Shown piece by piece: positions 1-10,457 of a stretch of 51,280 bases of DNA (position 1 is the stretch's first letter; every line of letters begins with the position of its first letter). This DNA is from Phyllosticta citribraziliensis (lineage: Eukaryota), in assembly GCF_038025025.1 (NCBI RefSeq), contig NW_027117345.1:2046001-2097280 (forward strand). Direction: 5' to 3'. The position numbers and the translations under genes were made by a program. A model generated the notes under the pieces. That model searched no databases and was not told the origin of the DNA. It saw nothing but the letters and a program-made list of their open reading frames with translations.

Positions 1-1286
1 GAAATGATTTGTGATGCTGGTATCAATGGTCCACGCGGCGCGCAGCGGCTCACGGCAACGCATGCAAGGGAGTGGAAAGGAAATTTCGGTACATGCTCCG
101 CGTGAGCACGGCTTATCGCCATGTACGTTGGGGATTGCGAATATGTAGTGCAGCAATTCGGTTGCTTTTTGGCATGACGTGCTAGCTGTCGAAGCTTGCG
201 CATCCATAGTCCTTGCGAGCCTTACCGACTCGTGACTAGCGGACGGCTGCAGCGCTGACTCTGTTGGCCATGTTTGAAACTTTGCATGAGTGGCCGAAAG
301 TGGCTGATCTTTGAGGGTTGCATCGTCTCTGGGATGAAGAAGCCAGCGCCCGGAGACCGAGGTTGTGAACAAGAAGTGGTGGTTATCGCCGGGCACTGTC
401 CATGCTGATGCTGATACCCTGACACCCTTGAGCTGTTGTGCCGCACGCCGACAGCACCAACAACGCAATCTCCCTTCTTTTCGGGGGGCCCAAATTCGCT
501 TGACCTGCTCTTAGTGTTGTGGTCCAGGCTTGGTGAAAAAGTCGCGTCTGACAAGAGGTAGACCGGCGGGTGCTACGCCGCATCCATGTTGCTTGAAACT
601 TACGCAATCGCTCGACTTAGTACCTCGAACTTTCATTTTTTTGGCCTTCATCTTCTTTCTGTAGTACAGGCTGACTTTCTCGACAGTTGTAGTTTGAGAA
701 GCGTTTGGTTCCTAAAACGTACGCCGACCGTCGTGCTAGGAAAGACAGACATCAGCAATGACAGCGGTCGGAGAGCAAAAGCAGAAGCAAAAGAGCATTG
801 CATCGTCACAAAATGAAGATATCGAATACTGCCGCGCGGTGTAACAAGCCAGGACAAGAGCTGCGGCGCACAAGCGTCTTGAAGAGCGCGGGCCTGATCA
901 GGCGCAGGGGCGAAATCAGGGGTAGGGGAAGGAAATGGAAAAGCAGAAAGCTGATGTCAGGCTGGATCGAGATGTCATTGAAGATCGAGAAGCAGGAGAC
1001 GCAAAAGTTGGAATCGTGTGGCGCCATCAAACGGGTCCAACGTAGGTGAGCGGCGGGATGATGTCACCATGAGTACATGCCAAACTGAGGTGAGAGCAAA
1101 CCAACAACAACCTCTTACATCATTGCGCCTGCCTCCTGCTCACGCGGGGTACAAGAGAGCCGCAATCCTTCTCTGCTACAGCCTCCGTCATTCATCACAC
1201 CAACTCTCTCATCACACGACCTCCAACCAATCCATCTTCTCCAACAACACCAACTCTTTTCCGACCTCCAAAACTCCAACTCCAAC

Positions 1287-1958
1287 ATGTCTGTCACCAG
1301 GGACGAGAACGCAATCAAGGGTGTCTCCAACCAGCCCGGCGAGTTTCACGCGCGCGTCCCTCCTTCGGAACCTCTCGAGACTGGCGGCGTAAGTACCTCT
1401 GCTTCCCCCCTCTCACGCTGACCCCTTATCCCCTCGCCACTTTTGAAAATCAACCAAAGCTTACACCCCACCCAGCACAAGCCCGGTGTCCTAGCTTCAG
1501 AGGCCGACCGCGCACCTGAATTCCACGCAGAAGCATACCCACCGGGCTCGGCACCCACATCGAAGACGCACCAGCCCAACCCTGACCCCACCGACACGGC
1601 AACGGGCCCAGCACATGCCTCCGCCGCCGACACCATCCCCGGATCCACCAGCGCCTCTGTGCACACTGGACTGGGCCACCCCGGCTCAGGCCAGACGAGC
1701 GCTGAACTCCACCACGACGGCCAGGCGCACCGTGACCACCAGCGCGGCGGCCTGGCTGGCCTGGCACAGGGCGGCCTCGTCGGCAACAAGGGAGAGACAG
1801 TGAGCGGGAAGGTCCCCGGCTTCGAGAGCCAGAGAGGATTGGACAAGGAGCTCGGCGACGGAGCTGCGAGCGTAGGAAACAGGGGCAACGTTGGCGGTCC
1901 GGCTGCGGAGGAGAGAATTCCGGTGTCGAGCGAGCAGCTGGCTTCTGAGAGACAGTAG
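1287..1958 (+). CDS. Conserved fungal hypothetical protein, Gly/Pro/His-rich and hydrophilic; 2 exons (1287-1388, 1476-1958)
   Basis: ATG 1287 reads MSVTRDENAIKGVSNQPGEFHARVPPSEPLETGG; a GTAAGT...CAG intron (1389-1475, phase 0) joins it to HKPGVLASEADRAPEFHAEAYPPG... in ORF 1443-1958. The repeated EFHA motif matches a Pezizomycotina family of unknown function (recalled). Confidence 0.85.
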
Positions 1959-2636
1959 AACGGATGAGGCTTGAAGGGTAGTGGAAGGGAATGTCAGGAA
2001 TTGGCGACTCGCCTACGAGACATGAATGCATGAATTTAGTCTGCCGACTTCTTCAACTGTTTGGCCCCTCTGCTATTCATGCTACACCCACGCAAAAAAT
2101 CAGTTCGTGAGCCATTTCAACGAGAAATCCTCCAAGTAAATGTTGCGCTCCATAATCATCATGGCATCCATAACGCCACACGCAAATGTTCCCAAAATTC
2201 CACGAAACGTATTGAAGTCAGAATAATGAGCAAGCCATCTCGTCAACGAGAAGGCTCCGTCCTCAGGGGTTGTGCCGACTTCTCGGCTCGGCTCGAATCG
2301 AGACAATGCAACCATCATTCCGTCCCTCCATGTGTCTCGTTTCAATACTTGGTTCGGCGGGGGCGTATTCTCTTCCAGCGGCGTAGCGACTTGGTCAACC
2401 TAGGCGCACGCAAAAGCAGACGCGTCAGCCAGTGCGGTGAGATGGTTGGCGGATAAAAAGGCGAAGTAGAGGCGACAAGCAGTGAGCGAGTGAGCTGTCG
2501 AAAACGTCGTGCAAGATGAACAGAACAGCCAACACCGCCGCAGCCGCCGCTGCGAGCAAACAAGCCAGATCAATCCAACAAGCAGGTTGCAACCAATCAA
2601 CAAAACAAGGCGTTAACAGCAACAACAACGACGCAA

Positions 2637-3615
2637 TCAATACCTCGAAGGCGCCATATTCCGCAGCGGCTGGACCGAGACGTGCGTCTCCTTCCGCGTG
2701 CCAGCGCCGAGCTCCTCGTCTTTGGCAGCGGCAGCCACGTCGGTGGTCGCGGTGCTGTTCTCCGTGTCGGAGCGCGAGTTGGGGCCCAGATGCATATTCA
2801 TTTCGACGACGGAGCTGGTCTCCTGCCACTGCTGCTTGCGGTTCTTGTGCGCGTGCCACTTGTCGACGACCCAGCCGAGCACCGCGCCCACCAGCATGAT
2901 GGCTTGCAGCAGGAAGACGACGAGGGACGTGTAGTGGGCGAATTTCTGCTCCGGCATCAGCGTTTGCTATAATTTGTGCGAGTCCTAGATCGAGGAATCA
3001 TGCGTACCGACTCCGCGCACAGAGTTCCAAACTGGTGGTTACTGACGCCGCTCGGCACGGCCGCGTTGACGTTCAGTGGCCGCTGGTTCCGAAGCTTGCA
3101 CGTCCACGTCTGAATCGTCTCGGTCCGCGGACTGGCGTAGTTGAGGACGTGTACGTAAACGACGATGGAGAGGGTGACCGAGGCCGACGGCAACGTGAGG
3201 AGAATGCTTAGAAAAGCAAAGTGCGTGGGTCTTTTGGGGAGATTGAACTGCACATGCGAGCAAGGCCCCAATTGAGGCGCAGCCGGTTAGCTTCTCCAAT
3301 TGCTTGTTTCGGACCGCGGTGGTGGTGAGACTGCAGAGTGTCGCAGCTGGTGCGCTTTTGGCTTACCTTGGGTACGAAGCATAAGATGATGAAGGCGAGC
3401 GTCGTCACGGTTGAGAAGGCGGCCGACCCGATCAGCGAGTTTGTTCCCCGTACGTTGAAGTGCTCGCTCCATAGTGGGAGCCAATATGGATTAGTGCCGG
3501 ATTGCCCGCGGTAGGTTTGGAGCGTGTGGCCCGCCGTGCCCATGATGGCGACGCTGAGGCAAAAGACGAGTGCTGCAAGGCACACTTGTGCCATCTGAAC
3601 CCCCGAGAGCTTCAT
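2637..3615 (-). CDS. Four-TM fungal membrane protein (MARVEL-like); 3 exons (3615-3367, 3247-3008, 2945-2637)
   Basis: Two phase-0 GT-AG introns (3366-3248, 3007-2946) join three ORF pieces into MKLSGVQMAQVCLAALVFCLSVAIMG...ETIQTWTC...LCAESKFAHYTSLVVFLLQ..., with four hydrophobic segments and a Cys pair in the second loop. Confidence 0.8.
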
Positions 3616-4550
3616 TTTGTCCAAATCTTGGAAGAAAAAATGAAGTGGTGAAAATGTACGGTATGTTTGAAAAACTTGACTCAAAGGTAGAATAGAATTG
3701 AAATGGCACAGGATCAACAGCGCCTGGAATTCGACAAAAAGAGAGGCGATTGGGGAGCGAATGCTCAGCACAGCGATGGTATCCGTCAATCGTCGCTGGG
3801 GCTTTCTGTCGTTTATACGGCAGACATTCACTTCGATTGTCCCCCGCTCAGACACCAGCGGCTAACAGAGCGCGGGATGCGCCACAGCACCTGCACGTCT
3901 GGATTTTTGACAGGGCTCCAAACAAAAAAGACCGCATCGAGAAACTCAGAATAGATTATGTCACTTTTCCGGCGGTCGATTCGGGTCGAAAATGGCGCCA
4001 AATTGCTGGAGTCGCCGACAAGCCTTGTGCTGAGCGCCAAACGGTCCTCTGCTCGTCGAATCAAGCTTCAAGGACGCGGGATGACAGCATTCGCGAGCTG
4101 CAGGGGCTCTTTGTGAAACGAATGCGAGCAATTGTATCCAAGGGACTGTGGTCTCCTGCGTTGCTATTCGAAGACCGCAATCCTGACCAGGCGCTTGCAG
4201 GAAACTGGTCCGAGGCTCTGATTGGTGGGTTGCTCGCAATGGGCGGGCGCTTATCCAGCATGTGTGCGACCCATGCGGTCTCGAGCAGTTCAAGCACCAC
4301 AAGGCGGATGATCGCTTGGAATATCCGAGGGAGCGGTCGACTGACTGGAGTAAGAGGAATAGGGCTGATGGCTCAAGAGGGTGGGATGTGGGCCAAACAT
4401 ACCTCGAACCAACAACTGAAAACCCTGTGATTTGAAGTAAACTGTGTCAAGCATTTTCGTCTCTTTGCCGACCACTGGTCATCAAAACACTGACGGTTTA
4501 CACTTTGAGACCGACGACAAAATGTCAAAGGAATACATTCGCAGCGCGAT

Positions 4551-5396
4551 CTAGAGCTGGCCAGTCAGACTTCCACCAAACGACCATTTACTTCGTCCAG
4601 CGGAGGCTTTGTTCTTTCCCTTGTGCAAAGGATGCTCCTTCTCCCATCGCTCGTCTTCTTTGAATGCTTCGATGGCAGCATCCAAGTTGTAGTCGTGTTG
4701 TTTGAGGTAAAGCAGAGCAATGTCATAACTGGAAGGACTGTCAGCGATTTCGAGTGCGGGGAGCAAGTTGACCTACTCTGAAACTTTACACGCTACCATC
4801 CATCGCCGTACTTTGGCCTTTCGGGCTTCTTCCTCTTCGCCCTCGACCGGACGTGGGCTCAGACTGACACCTCCTTTGTAGTATTCTCCTGGTATCAAAA
4901 CAGTGCGTCGCCCGACGAGCAAATGGTCGGCAAATACGTTGTTTGTTTTCCTCAGCGCATTCACCGGCACACCATATGCCAGGGAAAGGGACGCGACGGT
5001 GTCGTTTTCTGGGTCTACAAAGTGTAGGACATCAGGGGCGTGCTCGCCGGACTTGGTCTGCGGCACATCAATGGAATCACTTGGAGAGTATGGCGGAGGT
5101 CTTTCGTTCAACTCGACGGGAGCCAGAGTCGCGTGAGAAGGCCGAGGCGACGCAGGTGGCGAGTACGCTGGCGGATCTCGGAGACCTTGAGGAAGAGAAG
5201 ACGGCAACGACGATACTTGACAGAAAGGACAGTAGGTAGCAAAGCGCGGGTTGTCGGTCATGCAGCGCGCACAGATGGCGCGTCCGCAACAGTCAAGCCG
5301 GCGTTCATGCTGGGCTGGTTTCTCCGTCTTCTCGTCGTAAGTAGGCGGGATGGTGGAGAGGAGGGACGCGCAGGTGCAGCAAGCTTCCGAAGACAT
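4551..5396 (-). CDS. Intracellular LysM-domain protein with N-terminal Cys-rich RING-like region and C-terminal UBA-like helix bundle; 2 exons (5396-4777, 4728-4551)
   Basis: CCTC...CCGRAICARC...CPFC; LysM-like HFVDPENDTVASLSLAYGVPVNALRKTNNV...VLIP; a 48-nt intron 4776-4729 joins to YDIALLYLKQHDYNLDAAIEAFKEDERWE. No signal peptide. Confidence 0.85.
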
Positions 5397-5967
5397 TTCG
5401 AAGATGATGCGCGTGGAATAGAGCAAAGGCTGCTGTGATCCAAGGTGTTGGAGATGGATCAGGGTGATGTCGTTATCGACGCGTTAAATGAGCTGGACCC
5501 TCGCCCGAGGACCAAGTAGTTGACATCACTAGCTGCGGTAGGATGGGCAGGATGAGGTTGTGGCCGGTAGTCGGGCGTGGCTTGAGGACGATGCTCGATG
5601 CAACAGGACATTTTCCGACAGGTTTGTCGGGCTTGAGGATATTGAAAAGCTTTGAAGGTGGTCTCTTATAGTCTCGTTGTATTTTCCCCTGGTTCGAGCT
5701 TTCAAAGACGAGAGCGAAGTCGTGAAATGTGAGAGGTGTTGAGGATGGTCCGGCCACGTCTTCTCCAGATGGACAACCCAATGCGGAGCAGCCCAGCGCG
5801 GCAGTCGGGAGGTGCGTTATCTTGACCACCTTATCTTAGCGCCAACGCTCGGGCCTCGCTAAGCGAGCGCACCGCGAAAACGAATTCGCGAGGCCGCAAA
5901 CTTCAACATCGCGACGCCGACAACCACGACCAGCACGCTTCGACAACCCCATCCCGTCCTCCTCGAG

Positions 5968-6170
5968 GTATGTCTGATTTCGAAATGGGAGTGCCCTTCA
6001 GGTAGCCTGGAGGAAGCAATCATTGCCGGCCGGGCTGGAAATGCCTAGGCGCGCGCCTTGACACGCTTCCCCCTTCGCGACACGAGCTGAAGAACCCTTT
6101 TGGTCTCGTTACCTGGGGGCACTCTTTGCGCTCTAGGGCTACTGAAGGCTAATGTTTTCTCCGCTTGCAG
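5968..6170 (+). other. 5'-UTR intron of rps22 containing a branched RNA structure
   Basis: GTATGT donor at 5968, GCTAAT branch site, TGCAG acceptor ending 6170; 5987-6006 is complementary to 6108-6127. Confidence 0.8.
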
Positions 6171-6219
6171 ATACCTCAGTTAGCCAAGAGCCACTCGAGA
6201 ATCTCTAGCAACCGTCAAA

Positions 6220-6794
6220 ATGGTCAAGACTAGCGTGCTCAACGACGCCCTCAACGCCATCAACAATGCCGAGAAGGCCGGCAAGCGCCAGGTCCTGATC
6301 AGGCCCTCGTCCAAGGTCATTGTCAAGTTCCTCCAGGTCATGCAGAAGCACGGTATGTTCGAACTTTTTTCTTACAATCGGGCTGATAACTAGCCACTGG
6401 TTGAGACTGCCCCACAACCAATGGCCTTTAAGTGTCCGAAAGATTGAATCTGCGAAGATCTTACACGTTCTCTGATTCTCCGTGATGTTCAACGTTTAAT
6501 CTTTCGCAACAATTCGCTAACAACTCGTTCGCAGGCTACATCGGCGAGTTCGAGGAGGTCGACGACCACCGCAACGGCAAGATCGTCGTCCAGCTCAACG
6601 GCCGCCTCAACAAGACCGGTGTCATCAGCCCCCGCTACAACGTCCAGCTCCGCGACCTCGAGAAGTGGGTTGTCAAGCTCCTTCCCTCGCGTCAATTCGG
6701 CTGCATCGTCCTCACCACCTCTGCCGGCATCATGGACCACGAGGAGGCCAGGAGAAAGCACGTCGCTGGCAAGATCCTCGGTTTCTTCTACTAG
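6220..6794 (+). CDS. rps22: 40S ribosomal protein S22 (uS8/S15a); coding exons 6220-6352 and 6535-6794
   Basis: [71 protein letters not shown]...GKILGFFY*. Confidence 0.98.
6378..6514 (+). ncRNA. snR44: Box H/ACA snoRNA, snR44 homologue, in the rps22 coding-region intron
   Basis: Two hairpins with pseudouridylation pockets: TCGGGC-TGATAACTA...TTTAAGT-GTCCGA and GCGAAGA-TCTTACAC...GTTTAA-TCTTTCGC. ACA at 6509-6511. Pockets are complementary to 18S CAUUAAA-UC-AGUUAUC and 25S UUAAA-UA-UGUAAGA as recalled. Yeast snR44 lies in the RPS22B intron. The H box is non-canonical. Confidence 0.88.
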
Positions 6795-7229
6795 AATGTT
6801 GGCTAGCTGTAGGAGGACTGGGAAAAAGGACATCGAGGGGGTCAAAAAAAGGCATATCAATCGGTGAACGCGTGCCAGTTTTGCATCAAGCGCACCGAAT
6901 TCTGAAATTAGAAATGCAACCCACTTTACGACCGAAGATCAGGCCGTACACCATTAATTTCAAGTTCCCGTGAATTCTCTGATCAAGTGACGTCAAGCCT
7001 TAAACAGCTGGCCTAAAACCCGTAGTCTCTCAGTCATCAGGAGTTGGTCAAGCATCTGGCTATACGAGATTTGTTCTTTCGAATTTCACTGGTCAAGCCC
7101 CAAGTCCAAACGTGGTGTTGAACCGAGGCAGTGTTTCATTCTCTCCTCGTGCTTTAGCCGGATCATCACCGTCACCCCGCCCAGACAGATCAACGCTCAA
7201 CACCAAGACAAACCCCCGACACTTTCAAG

Positions 7230-8861
7230 ATGGTCCTGGAAACCATTTACGTTGTGCGCCACGGAGTAAGTTGCCCAGCACATTTAATCATGCTTCAGCC
7301 CTATAGAATCAGCGGATCGACAGGGCCCTAGTCCCCGCATCCAACCCATGGCAAGGGACTCGCGATGCCTGCGACCTGCGAGTCTAATTGCAGGGCCTTG
7401 CGACAACACAAGACAGCATGTGCTAACTTGGTGCCGCAATGTCTAGTTCCGCATGAACTGGGTGGTGAACCCAAACACCGGCGAATACAAATCCAACATT
7501 ACCACGACCCCGACCGGCATCCCTTCAGACCCGGCACTAGCAAGCTATGGCGAACAGCAGGCAGCGCAACTGGCCGAGAAGCTGCTGTCGCTAGACCCTC
7601 CCGTCGACGCCGTCTACTCTAGTCCCTTCTACCGCTGCCTGCAGACGCTGAAGCCCACGGCCGAGAAATTGTTTGGGGAGGGAGGTAGACTGGCTGGTCA
7701 GAGCATCAAGGTGGAGAATGGACTTGGGTATGTGGACACCCTCTCCTACCCAGAGCCCAGCGCGCGAATGCTCCAAAACCGCACACAGTGCAGCGCGCGA
7801 ATGCTTCAGAATCGGACGCAGCACAACGCATGGATGCTCCAGGACCGGACGCAGCAGAGCGCGAGAATGCTCCAGGCCTGGACGCAGCACAGCGTGCGAA
7901 TGCTTCATAACCGGACGCAGCACAGCGCGCGAATGCTCCAGGACTGGACACAGCACATCGCGTGGATGCCCCAGGACCGGACGCCATGAATGCTCCTGCG
8001 CTGGATGCATTGCTACGCAGCGTATGAGTGCTCCTAAACTGGACGCAGTGCAGCGCGTGAATGCTCCTGAACGGGATAATGCGCTATGCGCGAATGCTCC
8101 ACCATCGTATAGAGCGCAGCGTGCGAATGCTCCAGAGGCGCACAAAACCATGAATATACAATACAGAGGCTAACAAGTACGCCGGTACAGCGAATTCTAC
8201 GGCCTTGCCCGCTTCGACCACCCCTCACCCGCGCCGCTCGCAGTGCTGTCAACGCATTTCCCCACCCTACTGGATGAGGACTACAACCCGCTGCTCGTGC
8301 CGTCAACCAACGGCGAGTCGATCCCAGACCTCCACGACCGCATCGCATACACGCTGCACCGCGTCATCGAGCAGCTGGATGCTGACCCGCGCGGACCACG
8401 CACGCTGCTCATCTGCACGCATGCCGCCAGCATGATCGCCATTGGCCGCACACTGACGGGCCGCATGCCGCCTGACGAGGGCGAGGAAGACTTCAAGTGC
8501 TTCACCTGCTCGCTGAGCCGCTTCGACCGCCGTGGCACCGCCGGCCAGGTCGACGTCGAGAGGTGGGACGTCAGCAAGCCGCACGACATTCCCCGCGTGC
8601 CTTGGAGAGATGGCCGCGGCGTGGGTGGCGGCTGGGACTGCAAGATCAACGGCGACTGCAGCTTCTTGAGCGGCGGCGAGGAGCGAGGCTGGTGAGTTTG
8701 ATATACTGCCCTTATGCGAGAGTCAAGTTTGCTGACGGCGTCATAGGAAATTCTCCGGCGATGAGGCCTTCTTGACGGATCCCAATGCGTTCAACGACAA
8801 GATCAACACGGGAGAGCCGATCCCATCCACCAGCTCCGCAGCAGACGCGTCCAAGCTGTGA
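7230..8861 (+). CDS. Histidine phosphatase / phosphoglycerate-mutase-family protein (Tfc7/tau55 N-domain-like) ending in SKL; 4 exons (7230-7265, 7447-7727, 8191-8691, 8747-8861)
   Basis: MVLETIYVVRHG|FRMNW...YSSPFYRCLQT...ENGLG|EFYGLARFDHPSP...LLICTHAASMIAIGR...GGEERGW|KFSGDEAF...DASKL*. RHG and distal His catalytic motifs; all introns GT-AG with branch sites. Confidence 0.9.
7758..8142 (+). repeat. Intronic 33-bp minisatellite, about 12 degenerate copies
   Basis: Units start at 7758, 7791, 7824, 7857, 7890, 7923, 7956, ~7985 (shortened), 8018, 8051, 8084 and 8117; consensus about CAGCGCGCGAATGCTCCAGGACCGGACGCAGCA. Confidence 0.95.
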
Positions 8862-9327
8862 GTGGAGGGTTGTCTCGAGGCAACAGGAGTCGGCGTTGAC
8901 AATGGGCTTGTGTTCACTTTTCCGGCACGCAGAGATACCTCGGAGGTTGAGAGAAAGCAGAGCATAGACAGGAATGGGAAATAGACTCGTCTTCGTTTCG
9001 AAAGTACATAAGTTTGAGGTGGATCCGCAGGTGCTTTACGAGGCAGCAGCTGCAAATGCACTTTTCTACTTTGCCTCATCTCTCCCCGGCTTGCCATGTC
9101 GTGGCTTTGGGCAGCTTCTTGTCACGACTGGCGCAGGATCGCAGAGTCCAATTGGTCGAATCGATTTTTTTTAGCAACGTGATATCGTAGACCTCGAGTG
9201 AGGTGAAAAAAGCGCATGTGTTGCCCATGCATCCATCCGACCTCAAAAGACTCTCGAAACACCGACACTAGGTCCCGTAAACCCCATTTTGTCCGTTTCA
9301 TTTCCCGAACCACCCCACTACGTCCGT

Positions 9328-10169
9328 TTAAGCAGTAATGGCCTGGCGGACGCGGAGACCACGCTGCCTGGAGTTGAGGCGAGCCTCCTCACGGTGGGCA
9401 ACCTGGGGGGACTTCTGGACAACCTCCTCGCCCTCGGTGAGGATCAGCTCGATGTGGCAAGGGTTGGACATGTAGGGGTTGATCTGAATGCTTGTTAGTC
9501 CCATGGCTTGGTTTACCCCGGATTTGCCAAACATACGCGACCGTGCGCACGGTAAGTGCGCCTCCTCTGCTTAGGGGCCTGGTTGACCTGGATGTGCTTG
9601 ACGATGAGGTTGCTGGTGTCGAGGCCCTTGGTGTCGGCGTTGGCCTCAGCGTTCTTGAGAAGGCCGAGAAGGAACTCGGCGGACTTGACGGGCCAGCGGG
9701 CCTTGGAGACGCCGAACTGCTTGCCTGTGGTTGCGCCGTCTCAGTAATTGTCCTTGTCTTGAAGGTGTTGCATTTCCGTTTCCCACGGCCCAATGCAAAA
9801 ATTCCCATTCTGCGACGGACACGACTCACCCTGAGCGCAGCGGCCAGTGCTGCCAGCGTACCTCCTCATGGGGACGGCCTCAACCTTCTCGGTGACATTC
9901 TCGAGGTACTTGGTGGCACGGTCGAGCTTCCAGCCGTTGATGGCCTGGGCGGTTTCCCGGGTGTTCTTGAAGGAGACGCGGAGGTAGGAACCACGAGCGC
10001 GAGCGCTCTTTGCGGAGTCGATGTGGGTGGCAGCGTAGCGGACCTAGAAATGGAGAGCCTGCGTCAGCCCTCGTGCGCTGGATTGCGTCGTCGCCCAGAG
10101 GCTCGTGGGGGAGCAAAAAATTGCGAGCTCTGAAGCCGCAGCGATTCGCGGGCCGGGGATGCTCACCAT
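9328..10169 (-). CDS. rpl17: 60S ribosomal protein L17 (uL22); 4 exons (10169-10167, 10043-9830, 9724-9537, 9483-9328)
   Basis: [41 protein letters not shown]...[25 protein letters not shown]...[27 protein letters not shown]. Confidence 0.98.
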
Positions 10170-10457
10170 CGTGGCGGTCGGGTGTCGATAGGTCCTGTGG
10201 GATTGACGGGGTGGTTGGTCGTCTCGCTGAGCAGAGGCGAGGAGGGTCGTCGGTGTTGCGATTTTTGCCCGGCGGACCGTGGGCGCTAGGGCCAAGACTC
10301 GCTTAGGCTAGCACGGCGGGCAGGAGCTGCGGCTCCGTCAAGAACTTTTTCCATAGCCAAGCTTCGGCCATTGCGAACTCCCCAACATCGATTGCCGCCC
10401 GCTCGCTCTCGTCCTTGAGCCTTTTCGACGCGAGACTCACCCTTTTAAATCCAACAA

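Noticed and set aside
1..1286. Short ORFs in the first 1.3 kb
   Set aside because: No coding signature; probably promoter or intergenic DNA.
3750..4430. 226-aa plus-strand ORF
   Set aside because: Non-ATG start, no motifs, and it lies in the promoter/terminator interval between two minus-strand genes.
7758..8142. CRISPR-like array (conserved core plus variable part)
   Set aside because: The variable halves are homologous to each other rather than unique spacers, the array lies in a eukaryotic intron, and no cas genes are present. It is a minisatellite.
9492..10133. Long ORFs antisense to rpl17, rps18 (16868-17506), rps22, nop1, leu2 and spt20
   Set aside because: Shadow ORFs caused by strong codon bias on the coding strand.
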